Shown one piece after another: positions 28,387 through 38,318 of a stretch of DNA of 43,290 bases. The stretch's first letter is position 1, and each line of letters opens with the position of its first letter. The DNA comes from an uncultured virus (IMG/VR IMGVR_UViG_3300021400_003815). Its lineage: Duplodnaviria > Heunggongvirae > Uroviricota > Caudoviricetes. The notes under the pieces are model-generated. The model saw only the letters and a program-made list of their open reading frames with translations. It was not told where the DNA came from and did not search any database. The position numbers were made by a program, and so were the translations under genes. The DNA is taken from the IMG/VR virus record IMGVR_UViG_3300021400_003815. One strand, written 5' to 3'.

Positions 28387-29940
28387 CTAACCAAGTTGTT
28401 TAATGTCTCTAACAAATATATCCATAGTATTCGTATACTCTGGATATATATTAACATATTTATGACCAAGGGTATCAAAAGTTTTACCTGTCACACCCAA
28501 TACATTTACTTCCGAATATTTTTCATACTTGTTTATTACATTAACATCAGAAGTATTAGCCAAAATCTGCATTTGCTCCCTTGTACTCAAATATGTATTT
28601 GCCATTGATAAGTCCATCAACTTACCTGAGCTTCTAAACTCATCAAAATTAGATATATGATGTATACCTATCAAATTAACTGGCACATTTCCAACACTCA
28701 AGTAAGGTCTATAAACATAATCTTTCTCAGCTTCAGCTATTATGTTTTGTAACAAGCCTAAATCTTTCTTATCAATTTCTACACCAAAAGCACTTTCATG
28801 CCCCTGTGCTTTTATACCATGTTTAGCAAGTAACTCTCTGTAATCTAATCCTTCAAGTCTGCCCCTAAAGGAACCCTTAATGTAACTTCCTTTATCTTGA
28901 TATGCTATAGCAGTTTTATCTGTTTCATTCAATATCTTAGTAGCTACAATACCTGAGTAAGATGCTGGAATCTCATCTATATCTAAGCATCTCAAATTTA
29001 CTCCACTACCACACTCAACATTATTTAATGCTCTATCAGATATTTCATTCTGTATAGCAATAAATTGATTGAGTTGACCTACTTCTTCAGGACAATGTAA
29101 TGCTATAGCTAAAGCCATCTTACTATTACCTGCTCTAATAGCTTTATTAAACAAGGGAACTAAGGAAAAACCAACGAATGTCTTTGTAATATAATAGTTA
29201 TACTTATTAACATTCTTGAGTAACACTTTTAAATTATATTCCATATTATAATTCAAAAGTGTATTATGCATATACCACTGGTTTCTATTACTCCCAGTCT
29301 TGATAAGGTCACTTATTAATGTAGTACCAACCCACTGATATAACATTGCACCCTCTAGTATAGAAGGCTTTATACCTATAACTTCCTCAAACAATCTGAA
29401 AGTTTCATAAACTACTTCAGCACCACTCATATCTGATGTAGCTACATATCCTTCCTCAGTGTTATCAATCATATTATTAATTATGACATAATGTCCACCA
29501 ACTGTATTGCCTACAATCTCATTATGGTTTACAAAATGATGGTCCATAACTACAACGTCACAATTCATTTGCTTAATATAATCAATATCATTAGAACTAG
29601 AATCTACAATTATAAATAGTCCTACATTTAATTTATTTACATGGTTTACAACGTTCATATTCATTCCATGCTCTTTTACCTTATTTATAATTGTATATAC
29701 TCTATCTTGTCTTAAGGCATAATCTATAAACCTTTTGGTTACATAAGCTGCACCAAGTCCATCCCAATCTACATCAGCATGCAACATTATTAGGCTATTC
29801 TTATTCAGCATATGCTTTTTAATAATATCTATAGCCACTCTCCAATTCTTAAATTTAGCAAATGGAGGCTTAGGTACTTCAACAGTACCTACACAATAAT
29901 TCAAGTTCTCAACTCTATCTGAAATGATTCCACTACCCAT
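28387..29940 (-). CDS. recJ: RecJ-like DHH/DHHA1 ssDNA exonuclease
   Basis: HADVDWDG, IIVDS, VMDHH, SGAEVVY, LISDL, PLFNKAIR, KGSFR, QGHESAFG. Confidence 0.82.
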   Translation of the reverse strand: MGSGIISDRVENLNYCVGTVEVPKPPFAKFKNWRVAIDIIKKHMLNKNSLIMLHADVDWDGLGAAYVTKRFIDYALRQDRVYTIINKVKEHGMNMNVVNHVNKLNVGLFIIVDSSSNDIDYIKQMNCDVVVMDHHFVNHNEIVGNTVGGHYVIINNMIDNTEEGYVATSDMSGAEVVYETFRLFEEVIGIKPSILEGAMLYQWVGTTLISDLIKTGSNRNQWYMHNTLLNYNMEYNLKVLLKNVNKYNYYITKTFVGFSLVPLFNKAIRAGNSKMALAIALHCPEEVGQLNQFIAIQNEISDRALNNVECGSGVNLRCLDIDEIPASYSGIVATKILNETDKTAIAYQDKGSYIKGSFRGRLEGLDYRELLAKHGIKAQGHESAFGVEIDKKDLGLLQNIIAEAEKDYVYRPYLSVGNVPVNLIGIHHISNFDEFRSSGKLMDLSMANTYLSTREQMQILANTSDVNVINKYEKYSEVNVLGVTGKTFDTLGHKYVNIYPEYTNTMDIFVRDIKQLG

Positions 29941-29976
29941 TAAAAATCTCCAAAATTATATCTTTTTATACCCACT

Positions 29977-30004
29977 ACTATATCACTGCATACTTAATTT
30001 TCAA
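29977..30004 (-). promoter_or_regulatory. Putative sigma-A promoter upstream of recJ
   Basis: TTGAAA-N16-TATAGT with extended TG. Confidence 0.5.
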
Positions 30005-30016
30005 AACTCCATACAC

Positions 30017-30060
30017 AAAAATACCGTAGCTTACACCCCTAATATAAGCTACGGTATTTT
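30017..30060 (-). terminator. Rho-independent terminator after the PC4-like gene
   Basis: 16-bp perfect inverted repeat AAAATACCGTAGCTTA/TAAGCTACGGTATTTT. Confidence 0.8.
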
Positions 30061-30111
30061 CTCTATATGTATATACTCTATACTTTATGTTAACCTTTAC
30101 AGGTTATCACC

Positions 30112-30441
30112 TTAATCAATCTCTTCTTCCTCTTTTTCTGATGACAACTTATCATCAGCAGCAAGACACTCATTAAACTTCTCTCTTTCATCCTCTGGCA
30201 TCTGAGATACAATAACAGCCAGTAGAGCTGGAAGATGCTCTGAAGGTATTCTTACACCCTTCTGTGTAAGAACTAACTCACCAGACTTACTGTCTGTATA
30301 CATATTTCTAATGTCTACAGACTGACTCTTAGTTGTATCCTCAGGAATAACTCTTGCTGCTCTGATAAAATCCCCTCTATCATTCTTAGCTACTGTAATT
30401 AATTCTACCTGCTTCTCTTTAGCCTTATAAGCCATAAACAT
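30112..30441 (-). CDS. PC4/YdbC-like single-stranded DNA-binding protein
   Basis: VDIRNMY...GELVLTQKGVRI matches the PC4 fold signature; acidic C-terminal tail. Confidence 0.75.
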   Translation of the reverse strand: MFMAYKAKEKQVELITVAKNDRGDFIRAARVIPEDTTKSQSVDIRNMYTDSKSGELVLTQKGVRIPSEHLPALLAVIVSQMPEDEREKFNECLAADDKLSSEKEEEEID

Positions 30442-30505
30442 TACCTAACCTTTCATCTAGTAAAAATTTTAAATTTATTATAAATTATTTCAGAGCTAAA
30501 ACTAC

Positions 30506-31912
30506 TTAACTAAGCTCGAAATAAATAGTAACAACATTTTCTTTAACTAAACCTTCCAAACCACTTGTGATATTAACATCGCCATTTTTATCATAATATC
30601 CCATAAATGTTACATCATCACCATTTGAGTCTACACATCTAACTTTAAATGAATTATCATCCCAGTAAATGTAATCTTTTACACTATCATATTTATTTAC
30701 TTTATATACTGTTTCCTCTACATAAAGTACTAATCCATCACCAAACTTTATAGTGCATATATGATTTTCATTATCAAGAGCTTTCCTATCAAGTACTAGT
30801 CCGTTTTCATCTACCCTTAGATACTCATTTAAACTAGCTATATCCTCATATAACTTCTTTGTATCAATTTCAACATCAAATGGTCCATTATCAATAACAT
30901 CATCTAACCAACTCTCAGGTATTATCTTTAAATAATCTAAATAGCCATTACTATTAGACTCTGCTAGCTCACTCTCTAATGTCTCAGCTTCACTTTCAGT
31001 ATTCTCTGACTCACCATCAACACTTTCTGCTTCATTCTCAACTTCTGATGCTTCACTCTCTAATGTTTCATCTTCACTCTCAACTTCTGATGATTCACTT
31101 AAACTATCTTCAACATTACCAACTGTTTCTAAGCTACTTACATCAGCTGTCTCTGTTTCTAACTCAGTTGTCTCTTCTATACTTTCAGATGTTTCTAACT
31201 CAGCTTCAGTTGTCTCACTAACTACTTCAGATGTCTCTTCAACAGCTTCAGATGTACCATCTGCACCCTCAGATGTTTCTTCTGATGTTTCAGCACTTAA
31301 TGATGCTTTTAAACTCTTAACCTCTTCTAATGCTTCAAATAATTTGCTCTTATTTAATACATTAGGTCTGTAGTATTCAGGTAAAGTATTAAATACATTA
31401 TTTATATCCTCAACCTCACCTATATACTCATCTATGTTACCTTTATCAAGAGAATCAATCTCATTAATTCTGTCAGTTAATTCTTTAATAAGAGCATTGT
31501 ACTTACTAGATTCCTCTATTCTCTCATTTTCTTTCTGTATATCTTCTTCAGACAGTACTGTTTCTTCCTCATCCAGATTATATTCATCAGAATAATGGTC
31601 ATTACAATATTTATCAATGATTGCCTGAGATATTTGATATACCATATCATTAAACTCTTCATCATTTGTTAGTATAACATCTGATATATCACTATTACTC
31701 TTTAATTCCAAGAGCTTATCTATATTCTTAATAACAGCATCATTAATATTAGATGCATCTGTTTCAACTCCGCTCTCTTTATTACTAGAGTAATTAGATA
31801 TCTCTAACACTGTCTTATTCAAATCCTCAGTGTTCACACTCTTTTTAGAGCATGAACACATTAATGAACTTATTAATAATATAGGTATTACTACTTTCTT
31901 TTTAGTAATCAT
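30506..31912 (-). CDS. Acidic lipoprotein with E/S/T-rich stalk
   Basis: KKK + hydrophobic segment + LMCSC lipobox; ~115-aa low-complexity acidic region. Confidence 0.75.
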   Translation of the reverse strand: MITKKKVVIPILLISSLMCSCSKKSVNTEDLNKTVLEISNYSSNKESGVETDASNINDAVIKNIDKLLELKSNSDISDVILTNDEEFNDMVYQISQAIIDKYCNDHYSDEYNLDEEETVLSEEDIQKENERIEESSKYNALIKELTDRINEIDSLDKGNIDEYIGEVEDINNVFNTLPEYYRPNVLNKSKLFEALEEVKSLKASLSAETSEETSEGADGTSEAVEETSEVVSETTEAELETSESIEETTELETETADVSSLETVGNVEDSLSESSEVESEDETLESEASEVENEAESVDGESENTESEAETLESELAESNSNGYLDYLKIIPESWLDDVIDNGPFDVEIDTKKLYEDIASLNEYLRVDENGLVLDRKALDNENHICTIKFGDGLVLYVEETVYKVNKYDSVKDYIYWDDNSFKVRCVDSNGDDVTFMGYYDKNGDVNITSGLEGLVKENVVTIYFELS

Positions 31913-31932
31913 CTTCTTTACCTCTTTACTAT

Positions 31933-31960
31933 ATTATATAACTTTAATTAATTTTGTCAA
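31933..31960 (-). promoter_or_regulatory. Consensus sigma-A promoter for the lipoprotein gene
   Basis: TTGACA (31955-31960)-N16-TATAAT (31933-31938). Confidence 0.7.
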
Positions 31961-31969
31961 TATCTTTTT

Positions 31970-34900
31970 CTAAATATCTTTTCCAAAAACATCTTTTATG
32001 TATTCTGCATACCCAGGACCAGGAGTTACATATGTAAATTGGTCGAATGTCTTACCAGAACGAGTATGCCTCTTCTGCCATTCAGCTAATGTATGTCCTT
32101 TAAACATTGATGTATTATCATTTGGATTTTTTCTTCTTGCCTTAGCACTACTGTCAGCTTCTCTATACAACCCATTACTATCTTTGCCTGTTATTACTAT
32201 ATAATGTCCGCTTCCACACCATCCATCAGCATTATTATGGGTTACTCCTATAACCATACCACCTTTACCTAGTACTTCATTTATCTTAGCTTCATCTGTG
32301 CTTCCTCCATATTCAAGACTGAATAAGTTTTTACCTTTATAAACAAAAGAATCAAATATTACAGCACTATCAGTATGCAGAAATGCATTAGAATCTCCAG
32401 ATGCATGATAATTACCCTTATACCCTGAACTGCTTAAAGTTGGACTTAATGCTATTGCCATCAGACATTCTGTTGGAGTTACAATCCTATGTAGCATAGT
32501 ACTTACAACAATTGCTCTAGAACATAATCCACAAGCATTACTACCAAATCTACCTCCTACAGTACTATCTAAATATCTGTTACTTCCTAATCCTATATGC
32601 CACTGCTGTTCTTGCCATTGACCTGAACCATTATTCTCAGCTTGGTCATATGGTATAATTCCTATTTCTCCAAATAGCTCTGTCCATCTATCTCCATCAT
32701 ATGTTGCCTTTGTCTCACTAGTATCATAATAATGCCACCACCCAAATGTAGGCTGATATTTAGCAAATAAATTAGGAAATTGAGTTTTAAACAGATTATA
32801 CATCTCATCAGATGTATATTGTCTCTGCTCAGCCCAGTTATAATAGATGCCCTGAGGAACTCCTGGAGTTGATTCAAGTGACTTACTTATAGTAGCTGAA
32901 CCACTTGAACCTGCACTTTCACTTGCATTACCTGTACTACCAGCTCTTGCACTATGACACTTACAATCACCCTCACAAGTACAATTAATACAAATTGTTC
33001 CATCACTATTAAACTTAAGTGCTCCATTTGTACCTGTTAAAGCTGTTCCGGTACTTCCAGTTGAACCAACACTACCTATACCTGCCCAATCTGCATTACC
33101 AGAAGCTGAACCACCTGTGAGACCAAATGAACTATCTGTACCACTTGAAAACCAATCTGTATATACATCTTTAGATTGTTTTCTATACATATTCTTGTAG
33201 ACTCTTATACTTACTACCTTTTTACCCTTTAAAAATTTACCTTTGAGTAAATTAGCAGCTTGTTTACCTCCAGCATTGCTATTACCACAAACTTCAAATA
33301 TACATTGATTATAAAATACGTCTTTCTGATGTGGCTTAGCTACTACATGTGCATAACCTAAAGACTTATCACACCTATAAAAGCTCTCATTTCCTGTACT
33401 TCTAGGATAATCTCCATAATGCATAGCCTTTGCATCACCACTTATCATAGGTAATACAGACCCATCATCTAATACAACATCATAATAAACACCTTGACTA
33501 TATCCTATATATTTCACAGGATCTCCTAATACAGGAGGGTCACTATTATTTCCATTTGGTTTAGTATAATTTGAAGGGTCCTTAGACCTTTCCCAATATG
33601 CATCATTAGCAGGATCATCAAGAGCTAATATTCTCATAGGAGATGCCATTACCCATCTACCATCTTCTATTATCTCTCCATTCTTTACCTCTCTTTTTCT
33701 AACAGTAGCATCTCTAGTTTCATATGTTACTGCATTTGTACCATATGCATCAGCAAAGTTTCCTAAATTATATAACCAATCATCTTGAGGTGTAGTTCCA
33801 TCCCAGAACTGCTTATAATTCAAATCAAAATATTCAACCTTACTACTATCAAACGTATACCCATCATATAAAGGCATTCCATCAGTATTTTCAATGTACT
33901 TACCTAATTTATTACTAGTTGAGCTACTTAAACCTCCTGTACTACCTGTACTACCTGTACTTGTATTAAGATTTAAACTTATCTTATTACTGGTAGCATT
34001 ATTTCCTATGATACCAGCACCTATACCTGTATTAGTACTTGTATTATTATTTCCTATAATACCATTTCCTATACCTGTAGCTGTACTACTTCCACCATCA
34101 CTTGTTCCTAACCAAGGAGCAAGAGCATCTGATGACTTAGGTAAAATAATATTATTTGATGCTTTATACTTATCATATACAGAGTCATGATAACCAAAAC
34201 CATCTGTATAAGAATTTCCTATCTTGCCTACCCAGGCTATTCTGTAAGGTGAACCAGAAAACTTAACATAAACAACCTTACCTGCATAAAGAGCATTATA
34301 CATAGCTGTTTTGTCCTTAGCTACTGCAACACCATCAATAGTCATGCTCTTTATATCATTTATGCTGTCATGCTCATCTATATAATTAGGTAATGCTCTA
34401 TTACCATTCACAAGTACATTCCTAACAGCTTCAATCATTGTACTTGTTACTTCTGAGTCAGGAACTGCATTTCTAGCATTTCCTTTCTTACTATAAACCT
34501 TTCCACTTGAGACATCCATAATAGATGTCTTTCCACCATTGCTACCAGATGTAAAACCAAACCAACCACAGTTATTAGCCCAATCATCAAGGTCATTATA
34601 GTTTCCAGAAGCACCCATTTTTCCAGAACCACCAACATTTAAGTCATAAAGATTAGCTATTAAACTAGCCTCAGCTCTTACACCATCTAATACTGATTGC
34701 TCTGCTATACATAATCTTGTTAGTCTTATTAACTGATTATCATTTAATGTAAACTTCTTAAAATTACCACTTGACTGATTAGCTCCATTATTTCCGCTGC
34801 TTGCAACTGTAACATCAGTTGCAAATCTTCTGATTGTTACAACCTTATTTTTATAATAATCAGCTTTAATTATCTTACTATGGTCACCTGAACCTCCTGA

Positions 34901-35590
34901 GTTCCAAATCTCATTATTTCCAATGTATGTACATACATGACCTGGAGCACATATTACATCACCAGGTAGCATCTCATCCCAACTTGCTACCTCTGTACCA
35001 AGAGACCTAAATGTATATGATGTAGGAACTCCACTGCTACCTACATTTATTCCAGCTTCTTTTAAATTATAATATGTCTCTGAACTACAATCTGCTCCAT
35101 TCTTCCAAGTATTTTCACAACCTAAACTGTGTGAACCGCCATAAACATAAGGTATTGGAGGCTGATTTCTAGCTGTTTGAGCTATCTTTTCACCCATAGC
35201 TGTACTCTCACCTTTATTATTGGTCATTCCAGCTCCACCAGATGCTCCACTAACACTACTTCCTGTACTACCTGAATTTATGTTAGCTCCAGTTCCATTT
35301 AAAATACTGCTATCATATCCATTTACAAATTGTTTCCCATCATAAACCAATGTACAATTACAATCTATATCAGATGCTGAGGCTACTCTAGCTGAGTCAT
35401 CTTCCTCTTCTTCTTTTTTATCATCAAAACTTGTAACATAATATCCAATGGCACCAAATAAGGCTAATCCAATACTTACTGTTACTATAGTTGGTATCAT
35501 AGACATTATCATCATACCTGCTAGTATTCCGCTTAATGCCTTTTTCTTCTTACCTAAAAACTTTTTTAATGTCTTAAAGAACTCTATCAT
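31970..35590 (-). CDS. Multi-domain peptidoglycan hydrolase (NlpC/P60 + hydrolase_2-like + unassigned domain + C39-like peptidase)
   Basis: N-terminal TM; PYVYGG...DCSS...PGDV...GHV (NlpC/P60); LTRLCIAEQ...EASLIAN; YDQ...ACGLCS...GHYIVI...ADS (C39-like); G/S/T linkers. Confidence 0.8.
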   Translation of the reverse strand: MIEFFKTLKKFLGKKKKALSGILAGMMIMSMIPTIVTVSIGLALFGAIGYYVTSFDDKKEEEEDDSARVASASDIDCNCTLVYDGKQFVNGYDSSILNGTGANINSGSTGSSVSGASGGAGMTNNKGESTAMGEKIAQTARNQPPIPYVYGGSHSLGCENTWKNGADCSSETYYNLKEAGINVGSSGVPTSYTFRSLGTEVASWDEMLPGDVICAPGHVCTYIGNNEIWNSGGSGDHSKIIKADYYKNKVVTIRRFATDVTVASSGNNGANQSSGNFKKFTLNDNQLIRLTRLCIAEQSVLDGVRAEASLIANLYDLNVGGSGKMGASGNYNDLDDWANNCGWFGFTSGSNGGKTSIMDVSSGKVYSKKGNARNAVPDSEVTSTMIEAVRNVLVNGNRALPNYIDEHDSINDIKSMTIDGVAVAKDKTAMYNALYAGKVVYVKFSGSPYRIAWVGKIGNSYTDGFGYHDSVYDKYKASNNIILPKSSDALAPWLGTSDGGSSTATGIGNGIIGNNNTSTNTGIGAGIIGNNATSNKISLNLNTSTGSTGSTGGLSSSTSNKLGKYIENTDGMPLYDGYTFDSSKVEYFDLNYKQFWDGTTPQDDWLYNLGNFADAYGTNAVTYETRDATVRKREVKNGEIIEDGRWVMASPMRILALDDPANDAYWERSKDPSNYTKPNGNNSDPPVLGDPVKYIGYSQGVYYDVVLDDGSVLPMISGDAKAMHYGDYPRSTGNESFYRCDKSLGYAHVVAKPHQKDVFYNQCIFEVCGNSNAGGKQAANLLKGKFLKGKKVVSIRVYKNMYRKQSKDVYTDWFSSGTDSSFGLTGGSASGNADWAGIGSVGSTGSTGTALTGTNGALKFNSDGTICINCTCEGDCKCHSARAGSTGNASESAGSSGSATISKSLESTPGVPQGIYYNWAEQRQYTSDEMYNLFKTQFPNLFAKYQPTFGWWHYYDTSETKATYDGDRWTELFGEIGIIPYDQAENNGSGQWQEQQWHIGLGSNRYLDSTVGGRFGSNACGLCSRAIVVSTMLHRIVTPTECLMAIALSPTLSSSGYKGNYHASGDSNAFLHTDSAVIFDSFVYKGKNLFSLEYGGSTDEAKINEVLGKGGMVIGVTHNNADGWCGSGHYIVITGKDSNGLYREADSSAKARRKNPNDNTSMFKGHTLAEWQKRHTRSGKTFDQFTYVTPGPGYAEYIKDVFGKDI

Positions 35591-36081
35591 ACGCTTATCT
35601 CATTTATCACATGCTTATATATAACACCATTATTATTTAATTCAAATATAATCTCAAATGAAATAATATCATCTTTATACTTTAAACTACAATCAGCCTT
35701 GTACATATCAGATAATACACTGTTACTGTTTATATCACTATATATAACCTTATATATTGTGAGCTTTCTATTCAAATCATCTTCAGTAAGCTCTCCATTA
35801 CCAGAAATTGTAAATAAACTTTCAACCTCTTCCTGTGTCATTATATTATTTTCATAATAGTATGCTGCTCTATTTTTAAAGTAATCCATACTACTAGGTG
35901 TATAAATATCTTTTAATATATTCTCTATCACTTCTTTATTAACAGCTTTATTTTTATTTATAAGTAAATCCTTATATTTACCACTGATAATAAAATATCC
36001 AAATAGCACTAAAAGTAGCACCATAGGTACTACTTTTAAAACAACACTGAATATATTCTTATTTTTCTCGTTCATATTCAA
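35587..36081 (-). CDS. Single-pass membrane hypothetical protein
   Basis: N-terminal TM; 4-bp overlaps with both the helicase and hydrolase genes. Confidence 0.7.
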   Translation of the reverse strand: MNMNEKNKNIFSVVLKVVPMVLLLVLFGYFIISGKYKDLLINKNKAVNKEVIENILKDIYTPSSMDYFKNRAAYYYENNIMTQEEVESLFTISGNGELTEDDLNRKLTIYKVIYSDINSNSVLSDMYKADCSLKYKDDIISFEIIFELNNNGVIYKHVINEISV

Positions 36082-38252
36082 TTATAAGACTCCTCTCTAA
36101 TTCTCTTAAACTCTTTTACAAGTTCCAAATGCTTTCTCAAGAAGCTCTCATCCCAACCTTTACGGCTACTACTTAAACCTAATTTTAAGGCTAAATTTAC
36201 ATCTGTACCAATATCTTTAGTTGTAGCTCCAACTGACTCTAACAAGAATGGACTAGGAGTATCTAAGTTTCCTACTATATATAAATTGCTCTTTGCTCTT
36301 GTGCAACCTACATAATATAATCTTCTCTCGCAATCTATATACTCTTCTATATCTTTCATACTGTATCCATTATCAAACATAACAGATATATCAGAAATAG
36401 AAGGAATACATAAACTATCACAGCAAAGCATGAATACATACTTCCACTCCAATCCCTTAGAACCATGAAGTGTACTTATTCTTACTTTTGCCCCTAATAA
36501 TCCACCATCATTATTATCAATAGCTTCACAATTTCTTAGCTTGTCCTTAATTTCCTCCAAACTGTACTTATCTAATAAACTTAAGAAATACTTTCTATAT
36601 CCTATGAGTATTCTCTTTTTCTCAGGACTCCTATATAAAAACTCAATAGAACTTATAAGGTCACCCATCAGCTCTCTTACTCTATCCTTTGTATCTCTCT
36701 CTTCATCTACAAGATTCTTATAAAACTCATATAAACTTGTAGCTGATTCACCCTTTAACATTCTATAGCGATACATAATATTTGCTTCGACCTTAGGATT
36801 ATCTTTCATGTAACTAAAATCATCCTTAATGTATTCCTTAATGGCACCATTACTCTTATAAAAGATGTACCCAATAGCTCTTCTTAATGATAATCCCATA
36901 TCATTCATCACATCACTAACTAACTTAGCCCCAGCTGTACCTAAAAATGGTATAAACTTCCATAAGTTACTCTTAACCATACTTTTATCAAGAGTATCAT
37001 TACAAAAATCAAATGCGCATAAGAAATCACTATACAGCTGACTCTTTGTAAATTTCTGATTGTCAGACATACACTCAGTATATATGCCATCAATTGTCAA
37101 CATATTCTGAATAATACATGCCTGTATATTATTTCTGACCAGAATACTTATTTCATTTGCAGGTACACCATTTAAAATCAAATCTTTAATTTTATCAGCT
37201 GTATCCCTACTCATCTCATATAAACCATTACCAGAACTCTTAACTATCTTTACCTCACCACCATTATTAAAAGCTCTTAAATCTTTATACTGTCTCTTAC
37301 TATTATGTCTGATACTACTATCAGCAAACTTTACTATCTCAGACCCACATCTATAGTTAGTAGGCAATACCAACTTATCAACATTATAATCAATACTTAT
37401 ATCCTCAAGTATAATATTAGGATCTGTACCTCTCCATGTATAAATAGCCTGGTCATCATCACCAATGACTATTAATCTATCTGAATTAGCATTATCAACC
37501 ATCTTCTTAAGTATCATATACTGAACTTTGGATGTATCCTGAAACTCATCAATAATAAAGAAATCCCAATTATTTCTTATATACTGAACAATCATATCAC
37601 TGTACTGACCATTGAACCCATACAGAAGATTATATACTTGAAGCTGTAAATCATCAAAATCAATTACATTGTTCTCTCTTTTTAACTCATAGAACCTATT
37701 TCTAACTTGAGTATAATCAGAAATTTTAATCTCTCCATCACTAAATACAATAGATTGAGCTAATTTATTATCATCTATTACTCTATTTACCTGATATGAT
37801 ATTAAACTCCTTACTTTATCTACAAGCTCAGAATCCTTAGGGTCAAGATTACCATTTTCTTTAAAAGCCTGCTTAATAAATCTAATTGAATCACCTTCAC
37901 TTATCATATTCAAATTATATCCAAAGGCTTTTAATATCTGATAATATACAGCATGTAATGTCTTAACTGTTACATTATACTGAGTTGAACCCATTTTCTT
38001 ACACAAACTTCTAAACTTATCATTCATCTCAGTTGCTCCACTCTTACTATAAGTGGTACACAACATTCTGCTAGGATCCACCTCACCATTACTTATTAAT
38101 ACATAAATTAAATCTGTTATTGTACTTGTCTTACCTGAGCCTGCACCAGCTACAACAACCATACCACCTGTGTGATTTAGAATTGCTAATTGTTCATCAC
38201 TATAATTTATTCCCTTTACCTTAGCTATTCTATTTATAATATCAGACCTCAT
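36078..38252 (-). CDS. pcrA: UvrD/PcrA family superfamily-1 helicase
   Basis: AGAGSGKT, TLH, DFDDL, DEFQD, GDDDQAIYTWRG, NYR, STLHGSKGLEW, ERRLYYVGCTRAK. Confidence 0.93.
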   Translation of the reverse strand: MRSDIINRIAKVKGINYSDEQLAILNHTGGMVVVAGAGSGKTSTITDLIYVLISNGEVDPSRMLCTTYSKSGATEMNDKFRSLCKKMGSTQYNVTVKTLHAVYYQILKAFGYNLNMISEGDSIRFIKQAFKENGNLDPKDSELVDKVRSLISYQVNRVIDDNKLAQSIVFSDGEIKISDYTQVRNRFYELKRENNVIDFDDLQLQVYNLLYGFNGQYSDMIVQYIRNNWDFFIIDEFQDTSKVQYMILKKMVDNANSDRLIVIGDDDQAIYTWRGTDPNIILEDISIDYNVDKLVLPTNYRCGSEIVKFADSSIRHNSKRQYKDLRAFNNGGEVKIVKSSGNGLYEMSRDTADKIKDLILNGVPANEISILVRNNIQACIIQNMLTIDGIYTECMSDNQKFTKSQLYSDFLCAFDFCNDTLDKSMVKSNLWKFIPFLGTAGAKLVSDVMNDMGLSLRRAIGYIFYKSNGAIKEYIKDDFSYMKDNPKVEANIMYRYRMLKGESATSLYEFYKNLVDEERDTKDRVRELMGDLISSIEFLYRSPEKKRILIGYRKYFLSLLDKYSLEEIKDKLRNCEAIDNNDGGLLGAKVRISTLHGSKGLEWKYVFMLCCDSLCIPSISDISVMFDNGYSMKDIEEYIDCERRLYYVGCTRAKSNLYIVGNLDTPSPFLLESVGATTKDIGTDVNLALKLGLSSSRKGWDESFLRKHLELVKEFKRIREESYN

Positions 38253-38318
38253 AATAAATCCCTTAGCTCCCTTTTCTATCCAAACTTTTAAACTTCAAAA
38301 ATTTCTATTTTCCAATTA

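Noticed and set aside
19878..34638. Short alternative-frame minus-strand ORFs (19878-20066, 22555-22764, 32662-32877, 34447-34638)
   Set aside because: Nested in better-supported genes; no independent evidence
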